Position numbers and translations under genes: made by a program. Source: Myxococcota bacterium (GTDB lineage Bacteria > Myxococcota_A > UBA9160 > SMWR01). From it: a stretch of 64,000 nt of DNA. This document shows positions 29,701-39,451 of the stretch, in pieces (the stretch's first letter is position 1; each line of letters begins with the position of its first letter). Where the stretch lies: assembly GCA_022447545.1 (NCBI GenBank), contig JAKVBI010000014.1, forward strand, positions 34,336 through 98,335, written 5' to 3'. Under the pieces are notes generated by a model, which saw nothing but the letters and a program-made list of their open reading frames with translations, made no database searches and was not told the origin of the DNA.

Positions 29701-30163
29701 TGCCGGCGAACAGGTCGCTGCTGCCGGAGTTCGCCGAAGTCTGGGTTCGTTTCGTACCCTGGGTGGTCTTCTCGCCAGCGGTCGAGTCGAGACTCACGAT
29801 GGCGTTTCGGACGACGCCCGATTTGATGTGGGGGAGGTCGCTGCGGGAGAGCAGGGATTCGATCGACAGCTCCAACTCGATCCGAGATGCGACGATGTCG
29901 AGCCCGATGGCCGGATCGCGGAATCGCAACTCCTCCGCTTCGAGGTGCCCGTCGAGGTCGAACTGACCGGACCGCGCAGTGATCTCGAATCCGCTCAGGC
30001 CGCTCACGAGGGGGAGCAGAGCGCGCACGAAGCCATCGCCGGTCTGAAGATATGCGAGGCCGCCCCCGAGTATCGCGGCCACGAGTAGCAGCAGTCCCCC
30101 GGTGAGCCGGAGAACTCCACGCTTTGGCATTCGCGTTCTTTGCTTCCGGATTTGCTCTGACAC
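26735..30163 (-). CDS. AsmA-family outer-membrane biogenesis/lipid-transfer-like protein
   Basis: 1142 aa. N-terminal TM anchor, long repetitive beta-rich body, and an AsmA-like C-terminal region (LTGQLNTTLSNSHISDIPVLDML...ATGRIGLDGRLDLMVSPRL). Confidence 0.8.
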   Translation of the reverse strand: MSEQIRKQRTRMPKRGVLRLTGGLLLLVAAILGGGLAYLQTGDGFVRALLPLVSGLSGFEITARSGQFDLDGHLEAEELRFRDPAIGLDIVASRIELELSIESLLSRSDLPHIKSGVVRNAIVSLDSTAGEKTTQGTKRTQTSANSGSSDLFAGRIEIPVRIDRAEIEALTLRLLDGDKPRNVIGPLNSNFTDLAPLAAAQGTLTTPLALAMEAGQPGYSGRLQATLHLEQDRQGVVRGMRLNGDLALARTHGEKESGLAISVDLDANSHEASTLAATLTAQAKRNGRDTGELASTWHWHEADSGTAKDPRRSLIADLDLTSLELVNLNPFLAAIGGAQFHGGKVDAKFHLTHPPNGPLGLSGNLDAHAIALTLDSSGSDTPALDVHAKQEISWNRHTSILSVSRADLDIVGRHGRSLQIALEDPLEMDLDLANGDPAPGQSAKISVELERIDIAGVRRWLRALRVDSPDAVEDGHIGIDVEVEVNGRGARLGTTGTVEARSLRIQGVEGELDLHSEIDLKVEDYERFHLDHAVISLNRGSSPLLKGRLSGENDPPTGTWNAAVQIEASDLMKAMAPLPLLSADLRKRIHGGNLDGRFTLKSTAPGTAEVAGKLAVKGIALEGAAPKRGLSIDLDADLRALSSPDDLAIRELNLAFVEPAGRPLGSLASKGNLALASSEKPRASQITVSTKSLHLAPWIEALTDFDASLGDLPLTASIEFTNDAAKDVLRSKGQETFEVIPEGAINPFTAHASHQIEVLSTGGMDFEIELKIPRKKGPPDAVKFHGKYENHTGRKVTAPSLTVAANVESLDLTPYLSSQIEKSSQRERGSQPPVPVLPSGQENSDPEGQELVLDIHAKIDQARFSEIAIESSELRLSRDPSRLKLDVNLTETTGGSLKALLDHRRTKEMRSLSWNLSGTEIDVGKLMRSIAKAGLVENTAMNGTLAVSSSVRGSGKTPEGLRRNLTGQLNTTLSNSHISDIPVLDMLSRTTGISAFEGILLSGCRVGGRIENDAFILSDSECTGDVATLQATGRIGLDGRLDLMVSPRLGPSFQGALGKVFRTPHLTETAGGFIALPIDILVEGPVGQEHMSVRARVPGALDKLTLGTTSKVLDTTVKIGSGLLEMGGALLKVGSGSTRDRP

Positions 30164-30238
30164 CGCGGTGGATCCTCTGACGCCCTGGTTTCCCGGTTTT
30201 TACGAGGGTTCCCGGATTCCTGGCTCCGGAGCGGCCGT

Positions 30239-30865
30239 TCAGTCTGGTTGGGTGGCTACCAGGCTGGGACGTCGTGAGACTTGGTCGTACCAGCGGGCGA
30301 GGTGTTCGCAGGTGCCGGGCAACTCGAAGGGGTTGCTGGGGCGTCCTCCTTGAATGCATGTCGCCAGGGTGATGTCCGCCCAGCTGAAGTCTGGGCCGGC
30401 CACGAAGGGGTTGTTCGCGAGCTGCGCATCGAGCATACGGAGGGAGTCCATGGCGTAGCGCTTGTTGAGTTCTCCCCACTCGGGCATCTGCACGGGCTCC
30501 AGAGGTTTGGCAAAAGCTGAGGTCTGGCGCACGTAGGCTCGGAGTTGGGTATAGACGCCGAACTCCACCACACGCTGCCACATCTCCAGGCGTGCCCGCT
30601 CGAGCGGGTCGCGGCCCATGAAAGGGGGGTCGGGGTGGAGTTCTTCCAGGTAGCGTGCGATGGCGACGGTCTCGCCGATGCAGGTGCCGTCGTCGAGTTC
30701 CAGCACGGGGATCAAGCCGGCCGGGTTGCGGGCCAGGAAATCGGGAGTCCGATGCTCGCCTTCCATCAGGTTGACGGGGACGAAGGGGATCTCGATGCCC
30801 TTTTCCTCCAGATAGATCGCCAGGCGGCGGGAGCTTCCCAGTTTTCTGTATCCGTGGATCTTCAC
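30239..30865 (-). CDS. glutathione S-transferase
   Basis: 208 aa. KIHGYRKLGSSRRLAIYLEEKGI...NPAGLIPVLELDDGTCIGETVAIARYLEE. Confidence 0.9.
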   Translation of the reverse strand: MKIHGYRKLGSSRRLAIYLEEKGIEIPFVPVNLMEGEHRTPDFLARNPAGLIPVLELDDGTCIGETVAIARYLEELHPDPPFMGRDPLERARLEMWQRVVEFGVYTQLRAYVRQTSAFAKPLEPVQMPEWGELNKRYAMDSLRMLDAQLANNPFVAGPDFSWADITLATCIQGGRPSNPFELPGTCEHLARWYDQVSRRPSLVATQPD

Positions 30866-31435
30866 ATCGAGGTCACGGGCTCAGTTCCGGTGTACCGGTC
30901 GTGTGCCCCCTCCCTTCGGTGATGCCTCGGCGGGGTATTTCCTGGTTTGGGTGGTCTGATCATGAAATCTCCCGTTCTTGGTGCGCGAAGTCTAGCGGCG
31001 CAACCGGTCGGTACGAGTGAAGGTTTTGGCTTCCACGAGGGATCGGCACATGGCGGTCCAACGCAGTGAAGCCGGGATGCGCCGCGCTTTCCAGCCAGGT
31101 GTGAACTACTTCACAGTCTTTTTTGAGGCTCTGGGACTGTTGTATCGGGCGCGTCAAAACTTGCTTTCGCTTTCGGCAGGCGCAGGAAAGGATCGGTGCG
31201 CCGGGAGGGGCCCGGCGATCATGCACTGAGCGTCCAAGTCTTTGAATCTGCTGGGGAAGGTCGCCCAAGGATCTCTTCCAAGGTGCAAATCGACCGAATT
31301 TCGCGTCGGTGATCGAATGAAAAACCGCCTCCGTCTGATCCAGTTGGAGGCTCCTCGTCGACTGATCCGGGCAGAACCCCAAAACCACCCATCCCTCGGC
31401 CCAACCCGATGGACGAAACATTGGAGAGCGAAGCC

Positions 31436-34400
31436 ATGACCGTCAACAGCCACCCTCGACCGTGCGTCCAGAGTCTTGGGAATCGTTTCGACCTCTCCAA
31501 CGCCGTCAGGAGTTTCGTTGCGGGCCTCCTGGCGCTTGGCGTGCTCGGCCTCACCGCTTGCGGAGACCCGCCCGTCCGCCCGTCCTCGGCCGAAGAGTCC
31601 TCGGCCGCTTCGCGACCGACCCCCGAGTCGAGCCCTCAGCCTCGCGACCCGGGCGACCCTGCGGCCTGTGCGCCTTACACCATTTTTGAGGGTCCGGTCG
31701 ATCTGCTCGAGCGGGTCACACTCGTGGGGCTGACCTCCGCAGAAGAGATCGATGGCATTCGAATCGAAGGTCCGGAGTCCGATCTTCCGGTCTTTCTGGG
31801 GCAGGCCGAGGACTCGGGCTTTTTCTTCACCGCCCCCATCCATCCGGACCTGGCGGGGGAGGCGGGTAGCTTGAGGGTGTGGCTCGATCTGGCTTCCATG
31901 ACGGAGGAGAGCTGCGACCTCGGCACCATTGAAGTGCCGGCGCTGCCCCCGAGCGATTCCAGCGAGGCCGACGAGGTGCTGGACCTGTTGGAGCAGGCGG
32001 CTCTGTCCATGCTGCAGAGCTACGAGTTCGACGCCGAGTCCTTCGAGCCTCTGGCCTCCGGCAACAGCGCCATGGATCTGTCCCTTGCGCGACTTCATCG
32101 GGCACTGTTCTACGAGGAGTCGCCCACGCGGATTTCTGTCATTCGGTCGGAACTCGCGGCCCTGCCCGATTCCGAGCGCTCGTTCCTCGGTTCGATCCTG
32201 AAAGAGACACGGTTTCGCGAGACGCTGGAGGACATGATCGCCCTCTACGAACCGCAGAGGACACCTGCCGTGCCGGTCATGGGGGCGTCTGTGGCGGCCA
32301 TGTCTCCGTCCAATCCTCTCTTACCGCAACCGCCGGCGTCGGAGGACTCGGGCTCTTGTTATCCGGCGAACGTTGCACCGGAAGTGATTGGATCTGCTGG
32401 AGACTTGAGCCAGGCCATGGTCCGTGCGAAAGAGGCAGAGGACGTCACCGAGCGCTGGAAATCGTCGCGTAGGTTTTCGAGCAACTGGCTCAACTATCTG
32501 GGGGTCTTTTCCACGAGTCTTCATGGAAAAGCCCTCTCTCTCATGGGGGGTGGGTTGATCCTCTATATGGATCTCTCCGAGCGATACACGGCCACGCTCT
32601 TGCCTTCGAAGCTCGAAGAGGTGCGGATGCAGGCGAGCGTCAATCCCATCAATGAGGATTACATGGACAAGATTTCGAGCTTACCGGTCTGGGACGCCTA
32701 TGCGACGGCGTCGAGTCAGGGCGCCGACCTCAAGAAGGATCTCTTCCAGATCGTGCTGGCGATTGCAGGCGCGGTTCCATCGTCGAAGACCGTTGGGCTC
32801 GGACTCATCCAATATGGAGATGCTACGAACCATGCCTTCCAATCGATCCCCGACGACGCGAAGTGCTTCTCGATACCGGGCCACACCTGGAGCAACATCC
32901 GGGTGACTGGACGGGAGTGGCTGGAAGAGGATCCCAAGCTTTCTGGTGAGATCATAAGCATCGCTTTGCAGGATCCCAACAGGATCGTTCCCGTCGATAT
33001 CGGTACCACGAACATCGAGATCATGCTTTCGCGTGAGAAGTTCCCTTGTGCGGACTGCTCCGTTGGCAACCGGAGCGATGACATCGACATCACGGTTCGG
33101 GAGAAGGAAGTGGTTTTCAGCCGCTCGGCATTTCCGATTCCCAGCCCTTCCGGCACCGTGACGGTCACTGGAGCGATCCAGAACTCGAGCCGCCCCGATT
33201 TCTGGAGCCTCGACTACGACGATTCGGGGGTGAATCTGATCGGAGTGGAACGGCAGGGGGCCAGCTTCGCGCTCACTTTCCAGGGGAAGGGCGATCCCGA
33301 CGCGTTTCCTGTTGGCGTCCGAGTGAAGAGTGAATCGACCAAGCTTCCGGGCCAGAGCGAGAACCCGTGGTTCGAGACGAAGATCGTCCTCGAGCGAGAA
33401 GTGAAGATCGAGCACGATGGCGACGACTGCGTGGGAACCGACGAGGAGGTGATCCTCTCCGCCACTGTGATCGGACTCAATATGCCAGATGTTTCGTGGG
33501 AGGCCTCCGTGGGAGCGGATCTGATCCCAGTGAGCTCAACCGAAGCCGTTTTTTCCGCGATGGATCCCGGCATCTACACGATCACGGCCATCGCCGCGGA
33601 AGACGGAGGGACCCGGGGGTCCATCGAGATCGCGGTCCAAGCATGCGACTTCGAACTCTACGTCAACAGCAGGGCCCGGGTGTCGACGGTGAAGAGTGAC
33701 TCGCATCCCAACTGCAATCCCGGGAGCCATGAGGAGCCCTTCATCGAAGAGGAACAACACGGTCTGCCTTGGGGGGAGAGTTGGGTGGATACGGAAACCT
33801 TCAGAAACCCAGATCGATGGACCGAGGGTGGAAGCTTCTCCGTCGACCTGTTCGCGAGCGAGAGCATTACCTCGACCTACGAAATCATGGGGCAATGCTT
33901 CAGTTCGGTTGCACTGGCCGAGGGGCAGATTGCAGGTGAGCTCTCGAGTCGAGACGACGGACGGGTCGTCGATATCGATCTCGAGATGGGTGGTCGACAC
34001 AATTGCGTTCCGGTGCACGGAGATGTCGAAGATTGCAAGGGTGGGAGCGCGGATCTCAGCTCCAGCATGTACTTCGTCCTTGAGCACGAGGGCTGGGGGA
34101 CCCAGAGTTACGATTACGAGGTGGATCTGGACTGTACGGCGGATACGGGTGGGGTGCCGGTCCAGGTGATTACCTCCGTGGTGATCATGAACGCCGCGGG
34201 AAATTGGCAGAACGGCGTGGCCCAGCACGTTCTGGACAACTCGACCCTGGGAGCCTTCTCGCGGGTCTCGTTCCTGCGTTGCTCGGAAGGCCAGCCGATT
34301 TCTGTGCAGGAAACTTTTGATTTCCAGGACTATCTGCCGCCCGGTGCTTCATCCAATTCAGAGATCGAGCCGTACACGGCTGCGGTCTGGGTGTCCTTCA

Positions 34401-34504
34401 GTGCGAATGCCTCGATGGATCCCGGAAACATGAGAAGGTTCGAGACGATCCATCAGAGTTCGGTACAGGGAAGCGTCTCCCTTCGGCCCGTGATGACTCG
34501 CTGA
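31436..34504 (+). CDS. large (about 1020 aa) lipoprotein of unknown function with at least one Ig-like (Big_2-like) segment
   Basis: ATG 31436 follows GGAGAG. Lipobox LGLTAC, then a Pro/Ser-rich linker. DVSWEASVGADLIPVSSTEAVFSAMDPGIYTITAIAAEDGGTRGSIEIAV resembles bacterial Ig-like domains. Confidence 0.7.
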   Translation: MTVNSHPRPCVQSLGNRFDLSNAVRSFVAGLLALGVLGLTACGDPPVRPSSAEESSAASRPTPESSPQPRDPGDPAACAPYTIFEGPVDLLERVTLVGLTSAEEIDGIRIEGPESDLPVFLGQAEDSGFFFTAPIHPDLAGEAGSLRVWLDLASMTEESCDLGTIEVPALPPSDSSEADEVLDLLEQAALSMLQSYEFDAESFEPLASGNSAMDLSLARLHRALFYEESPTRISVIRSELAALPDSERSFLGSILKETRFRETLEDMIALYEPQRTPAVPVMGASVAAMSPSNPLLPQPPASEDSGSCYPANVAPEVIGSAGDLSQAMVRAKEAEDVTERWKSSRRFSSNWLNYLGVFSTSLHGKALSLMGGGLILYMDLSERYTATLLPSKLEEVRMQASVNPINEDYMDKISSLPVWDAYATASSQGADLKKDLFQIVLAIAGAVPSSKTVGLGLIQYGDATNHAFQSIPDDAKCFSIPGHTWSNIRVTGREWLEEDPKLSGEIISIALQDPNRIVPVDIGTTNIEIMLSREKFPCADCSVGNRSDDIDITVREKEVVFSRSAFPIPSPSGTVTVTGAIQNSSRPDFWSLDYDDSGVNLIGVERQGASFALTFQGKGDPDAFPVGVRVKSESTKLPGQSENPWFETKIVLEREVKIEHDGDDCVGTDEEVILSATVIGLNMPDVSWEASVGADLIPVSSTEAVFSAMDPGIYTITAIAAEDGGTRGSIEIAVQACDFELYVNSRARVSTVKSDSHPNCNPGSHEEPFIEEEQHGLPWGESWVDTETFRNPDRWTEGGSFSVDLFASESITSTYEIMGQCFSSVALAEGQIAGELSSRDDGRVVDIDLEMGGRHNCVPVHGDVEDCKGGSADLSSSMYFVLEHEGWGTQSYDYEVDLDCTADTGGVPVQVITSVVIMNAAGNWQNGVAQHVLDNSTLGAFSRVSFLRCSEGQPISVQETFDFQDYLPPGASSNSEIEPYTAAVWVSFSANASMDPGNMRRFETIHQSSVQGSVSLRPVMTR

Positions 34505-34605
34505 GTTCAGAGGTCCGCTGCGCGGCCCGGTGAATGTGCGGATCTTCGCCCCCCTGGATTAAGATGGCATCGAAATTGCGCTCGAATGCTTGGAGGGTTG
34601 CTCGG

Positions 34606-35613
34606 ATGGAATCGCGTGCATTGGGACGCAGTGGGCTTCAGGTACCGGTGCTTTGTCTGGGAACCATGACCTTCGGCGTGCAAACCGACGAGGCCACCTC
34701 GTTCGAGATCATGGACCGTGCCCTTGACGGTGGGGTCGGCTTCTTCGATACCGCGGACGTCTACCCGCTTGGCGGCTCTCTCGAAACGGTGGGGCAGACC
34801 GAAGAGATCATCGGGCGCTGGTTACGCGACCGCGGCAGCCGGGACCGCATTCTGCTGGCGACCAAGTGCCGCGGGCCCATGGGCAAAGGGCCCAACGACC
34901 AGGGATTGTCGCGCTATCACATCGTTCGTGCGGTCGAGGCGAGCCTGCGGCGCCTGGGCACCGAGACCATCGACCTCTACCAGACCCACTTCTTCGACCC
35001 CCGCACTCCCATCGAGGAGACGGCGCGCGCCCTCGACGACCTGATCCGGTCGGGCAAGGTGCGCTATGTGGGCTGCTCCAACTACCCGGCTTGGCGGCTG
35101 GGGGAGGCCCTCGCCACGGCCGAGCGCCTGGGTCTGGCGCGTTACGAATCCGTGCAGCCCCGTTACAACCTGCTCTACCGCGAAATTGAGACGGAGTTGA
35201 TTCCGCTGAGCCTGGCCGAGGGGCTGGGGGTTCTGGTCTACAATCCGCTGGCTGGGGGCCTACTGTCGGGAAAATACCGACGCGGTCAGGAGCCAGAGGA
35301 GGGCACCCGTTTCACCATCGGGAGCGCCGGGCGCCGCTATCAACAGCGCTACTGGCACGACGCCCAGCTCGAAGAGGTCGAAGCACTTCACGCCCGACTC
35401 GACGAGGAGGGGCTCGATCCCGTTTCCGTCGCCGTCGCCTGGACCCTGGCGAAGCCCGGTGTGACCTCGGCCATCATTGGAGCCAGTCGCCCCGAGCAGC
35501 TCGACGCATCCATCGCTGCCGCCGAGCTCGAGTTGGACGAAAAGATCGTCGAGGCCTGCGACGAGATCTGGTGGCGCTTGCCACGTCGCCCGGTGCTGGA
35601 GGGCTACCGTTAG
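34606..35613 (+). CDS. aldo/keto reductase
   Basis: ATG 34606 follows GGAGGG. LGRSGLQVPVLCLGTMTFG, FFDTADVY, IDLYQTHFFD, VRYVGCSNY. Confidence 0.9.
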   Translation: MESRALGRSGLQVPVLCLGTMTFGVQTDEATSFEIMDRALDGGVGFFDTADVYPLGGSLETVGQTEEIIGRWLRDRGSRDRILLATKCRGPMGKGPNDQGLSRYHIVRAVEASLRRLGTETIDLYQTHFFDPRTPIEETARALDDLIRSGKVRYVGCSNYPAWRLGEALATAERLGLARYESVQPRYNLLYREIETELIPLSLAEGLGVLVYNPLAGGLLSGKYRRGQEPEEGTRFTIGSAGRRYQQRYWHDAQLEEVEALHARLDEEGLDPVSVAVAWTLAKPGVTSAIIGASRPEQLDASIAAAELELDEKIVEACDEIWWRLPRRPVLEGYR

Positions 35614-35742
35614 GGTGCCCGACCGGGTGTCTCTGCCCAGTGCAGATATGGGGCTTGCCGTGGTCGTGCCAGTTCGCCGGAAATAACCGGTAGGCTGGAA
35701 CTCGAATATACTGCGAGATATCCGGTTCACGAGGAGTTCGAG

Positions 35743-36879
35743 ATGCGCACTCGCGCTGTGCCATCGGAACGTTTGCACCGACGCCGCGAGTGGCGACGTG
35801 TTGCGCTGCTGGTGTGCGCATCGGTTTTCGTGACGCTCCTGGTGGCCGAGTTGGGGGTACGGGTCTTCAGTCCCATGCCTCGGCTCGGCGGTGCAATTGA
35901 CCCGAGCACTCCTCTGCCCGCTTTGCGCTACGAGCGTTCCTCGTTTTCCCGCCACGTGCTGCCCGCTACCGAGCATCGCGTGTTGCGCAATGGGGCGCTC
36001 TACCGCATCAACGACAAGGGATATCGCGGTCGAGACTTCGACTGGGAGAAGCCGCCCGGTGTGGTGAGAGTTCTCGTATACGGGGGGTCTGCGGTCTTCG
36101 ACATCCTGGCCAGCGAGGGCGAGGACTGGCCCTCTCGCGTTCAGAGACTGCTCGCATCCCGGGGCCACGAACACGTGGAGGTCATCAATGCAGGGATTCC
36201 GGGCCATGCGTCCTTCGATTCGCTGGGACGGCTTCTGGCCGAAGGTCACCGTCTAAACCCGGACTTCACGATCCTCTACAACGCGTGGAACGACATCAAG
36301 ACGTTTCGTATGGATGAATCCCTGTTGCGCGGGATCCGACCCTATCGTCCGAAGAGGGACTGGGTACGAATGCCGAGCAACTGGATCGATGGAGGACTTG
36401 CCTCAGTGTCCCACCTTTATCGGCACATCCGAATTCCCCTGCACGCGAAGCTGCGGGGTGCGAAGGTTGGACGAGAGGGGATGATGGAGGAGGGGGGACT
36501 GTCGTCGACGTTCGAGCCGGCGGCCCTCGTGCAGTACCGTATCAACGTGGCGACGTTCGTGGACCTCGCACGCAACATGGGTGCTGAGCCACTGCTCGTG
36601 ACCCAAGCACGCCTCGTGACCGCTGACCTGGACGAAGCCGAGCGGCGCAAGGTCGTGTACGGCTACGCGCGCCTCACTCATGAGGGTCTCGTTCGCGCCT
36701 TCGACGCTACGGATCTCGGTGTGAACGAAGTCGGAGTCTCCAAAGGCGTTGCAGTCATCGATGCCAGCGCTGCGCTCTCGGGCCGAGGCGAGATGTTTCA
36801 CGACCAGGTGCATCTTTCGGCAGCTGGATCGGCTGCACTGGCCGCGCTGGTTGCCGACGAGCTCGAAAAGCATCTCTGA
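35743..36879 (+). CDS. SGNH-like hydrolase, N-terminally membrane-anchored
   Basis: ATG follows GAGGAG. TM anchor present. Block I-like VLVYGGSAVF and block V-like FHDQVHLS (DxxH). Confidence 0.6.
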   Translation: MRTRAVPSERLHRRREWRRVALLVCASVFVTLLVAELGVRVFSPMPRLGGAIDPSTPLPALRYERSSFSRHVLPATEHRVLRNGALYRINDKGYRGRDFDWEKPPGVVRVLVYGGSAVFDILASEGEDWPSRVQRLLASRGHEHVEVINAGIPGHASFDSLGRLLAEGHRLNPDFTILYNAWNDIKTFRMDESLLRGIRPYRPKRDWVRMPSNWIDGGLASVSHLYRHIRIPLHAKLRGAKVGREGMMEEGGLSSTFEPAALVQYRINVATFVDLARNMGAEPLLVTQARLVTADLDEAERRKVVYGYARLTHEGLVRAFDATDLGVNEVGVSKGVAVIDASAALSGRGEMFHDQVHLSAAGSAALAALVADELEKHL

Positions 36880-37057
36880 TTGCTGTGTAACGGCTCTGGG
36901 TTTCCGAATCCAATGACCATCCTGTCAAATAGGTCGGATCCCCGACACGTCCTGAAGTGTCTCCCGGGGCTATCGCTCCATTTACCCCGGTTCGAAATAC
37001 CCCGTATTCCCAATGGCTGGGGGCTCCGAGTGCCCGTGATACTGGCCTGGGAAGCGC

Positions 37058-37960
37058 ATGACGATGAACGGTTCGATTCAGAAGTTCCTACTGTTGTTGG
37101 GCCTGGCCCTAACTGGAATGCTGTACGTTCCGCCCGTAACTGCGGTGAGTGTGGGCTTCGAGAGTTCCGAGGGGTATGTGGTGGGGCCGCTTTCGCCACC
37201 GGCTGGACCCACTCAGGCGGGATGGTCCGGGGGCGCGCAAGCGGGTTTTACCAACAACGATCCGGGTGACGAGCAGGTGGTGGGTAGCGAGGCTTACCAG
37301 GGTTCGAACTCCTGGCACTACGCTCGGGGCTATGGAAGCCCCGGCCAGGGTACTCCCTTTTCACCAGTGATGAGCGACGTGGCCGGGCCCGGTACCCGCA
37401 TGGAGTTCTCGATTCACTTCAAGGCAGCCGATGCGAGTGGGGACGGCTCCGAGCAGAACCTCTACCTGGGGACGGCGGCGGGGAACGATCGCACGGGCTT
37501 CAACGTCTATCTGGAAAATGCTGCGGCTGGGGATGGGTTGCACTTGTATACCTACGATTGGCTGGGGGGCGCTTCTTCGAAGCAGGTCATCGCTACTCAG
37601 CTTCCGCGCACTGACTGGCACGAGCTCGAGGTCGTTGCGGTATTCGACACAGATCCCCTGGCCGATGTCTACGAGTACTCAGTCAATGGCAACCTGGTCT
37701 ACACGGGAAATTCCTGGCCGAACCCCTGGCGGCTCTCCATGGCATTCACGCCCGCCTACGGCAACCGCATCAAGTTTGCCGATGGGGGAGGGGATACGCC
37801 GGCACACGATGGTTTCTACTACGACGATCTCGAATATGACTTCACCGCCATCCCCGAGCCGCGAACGGCGTTCCTGTTGCTCGGTGCCCTTCTTGGACTG
37901 GCTGTTGTGCGGAGGAGATCATCGCTCGTTGCCCAACAGGCTGGACCCAGGAGGTTCTGA
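37058..37960 (+). CDS. PEP-CTERM sorting-domain protein (hypothetical cargo)
   Basis: Signal peptide MTMNGSIQKFLLLLGLALTGML. C-terminus FTAIPEPRTAFLLLGALLGLAVVRRRSS. Confidence 0.8.
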   Translation: MTMNGSIQKFLLLLGLALTGMLYVPPVTAVSVGFESSEGYVVGPLSPPAGPTQAGWSGGAQAGFTNNDPGDEQVVGSEAYQGSNSWHYARGYGSPGQGTPFSPVMSDVAGPGTRMEFSIHFKAADASGDGSEQNLYLGTAAGNDRTGFNVYLENAAAGDGLHLYTYDWLGGASSKQVIATQLPRTDWHELEVVAVFDTDPLADVYEYSVNGNLVYTGNSWPNPWRLSMAFTPAYGNRIKFADGGGDTPAHDGFYYDDLEYDFTAIPEPRTAFLLLGALLGLAVVRRRSSLVAQQAGPRRF

Positions 37961-38192
37961 CCTCCTCGGTCTTTCGGGGCCTTTTGCGCTCCAGGCTACC
38001 TGGGTTGCCGAGGTGGATCGCGCTCCAGGAGCACTCCTTTCGTCCATCTATATCTTGAAATCCTGCTTGCCGTGGCGGGGGCCTGGACCCTTGTGGGTGA
38101 AGGGGCGACCCTGGGACGCCAGCGAAGGCAACACTTCGCCGTGTGTGTTCGGATAGAATCGTTCATCAACCAGCGAACGAGGAGGGACCCTC

Positions 38193-39395
38193 TTGGCAGG
38201 ACCGCTCGAGGGAATCAAGGTCGTGGATGCATCGGCAGTCGTGTCGGGTCCTCTGGCTGCCATGATGCTCGGAGATCAGGGAGCCGAGGTGATCAAACTC
38301 GAGTCCACGACGGTGGGTGACACGCTTCGGAACTCGCCGTATTCCCGCGGCGGTCTCACATCCTTCTACGCCAACTGCAACCGGAACAAGCGAACCATCG
38401 CCGTTGATCTGAGCCGACCCGAGGGGCTCGAGGTGGGCCACCGACTGATTCGCGAGGCCGATGTGTTCATCCAGAACTGGCGTCCGGGCGCGGCGACCCG
38501 TCTCGGGATGGGGCAGTCCGATCTCCATAAGGTCAACGCCGACCTGATCTACTGCTCGATCTCTGGCTTCGGTCCCGACGGACCCTATAGCCAGCAGCGC
38601 GTGTACGATCCCATCGTTCAGGGAGTCTCGGGGCATACCGCTGTCCAGATCAACCCGGAAGTTCCCATTCGCGATCTCGTGCGCAACATCGTGGCTGACA
38701 AGTCGAGTGCCTACACGGCTGCGCAGGCCATCACAGCGGCGCTATTTGCTCGGGAGCGGGGAGCCGGCGGTCAACACATTCAGGTTCCCATGATCGATGC
38801 GTCGTTGGCTTTCTTCTGGGCCGACGGCATGATGGCCCACACCTTCGCAGGTGAAGACAAACCGGGCGGGTTCACGCTCTACGAGATCTACCGACTCACT
38901 CAGACGAAAGACGGCCATTTGATCTATTTTGTTGCGACCGACGAAGAGTTCCAAGGGCTGTTCAGGGCGTTGGGGCACCCCGAGTGGCTCGAGGACCCAC
39001 GCTTCGCCACGATGTCAAGCCGGAGGAAGACCGAGAACGCCCAGATCCTCGGCGAGATGATTCAAGCGGCTCATCTGGAATACACCACAGCTGAGTTGAT
39101 CGAGAAGATGCTGGAGGAGGATGTGCCCGTCGGCCCGGTGCTGTCCCTCGAAGAACTCTTCGACGACCCGCAGCTGGTCAACAATCAGGCGATTCTCGAA
39201 TTCGAGCATCCTACCGCCGGCCGCTATCACCAGGCCAGGCCTGCTGCCCGATTCGACAAGACGCCGCAGGATCCGACTCGCCGAATGCCGCCGCTACACG
39301 GAGAGCACACCGACGAGATTCTTGCTGAGCTGGGCTACAGCACCGCCCAGACCGATCAGATGCGAGCCCAAGGCATCACCTTCAGCGGCAACTGA
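38193..39395 (+). CDS. CaiB/BaiF family (class III) CoA-transferase
   Basis: TTG start follows GAGGAGGG. GIKVVDASAVVSGPLAAMMLGDQGAEVIKLE...VFIQNWRPG...YCSISGFG. Confidence 0.9.
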   Translation: MAGPLEGIKVVDASAVVSGPLAAMMLGDQGAEVIKLESTTVGDTLRNSPYSRGGLTSFYANCNRNKRTIAVDLSRPEGLEVGHRLIREADVFIQNWRPGAATRLGMGQSDLHKVNADLIYCSISGFGPDGPYSQQRVYDPIVQGVSGHTAVQINPEVPIRDLVRNIVADKSSAYTAAQAITAALFARERGAGGQHIQVPMIDASLAFFWADGMMAHTFAGEDKPGGFTLYEIYRLTQTKDGHLIYFVATDEEFQGLFRALGHPEWLEDPRFATMSSRRKTENAQILGEMIQAAHLEYTTAELIEKMLEEDVPVGPVLSLEELFDDPQLVNNQAILEFEHPTAGRYHQARPAARFDKTPQDPTRRMPPLHGEHTDEILAELGYSTAQTDQMRAQGITFSGN

Positions 39396-39451
39396 AGATC
39401 CTCGGATAGACGGAAACCAGGTCCGGGCACGCAGAGGGAGAAGCATCGGCG

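Noticed and set aside
29352-30581. 409-aa minus-strand ORF spanning the AsmA 5' end and the GST gene
   Set aside because: It is extremely Arg/Pro-rich and overlaps two well-supported genes in other frames, so it is a shadow ORF.
31154-32098. 314-aa minus-strand ORF
   Set aside because: It is antisense to the 5' part of the large lipoprotein gene, has Arg/Gly-rich composition and has no SD.
35260-36249. 329-aa minus-strand ORF
   Set aside because: It is antisense to the aldo-keto reductase and SGNH-like genes, which both have clear family motifs.
37300-37326. ccagggttcgaactcctgg, T-arm-like (GTTCGAA) palindrome
   Set aside because: The loop is too long for a tRNA T-arm and no cloverleaf context exists. 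It sits inside the PEP-CTERM protein CDS.
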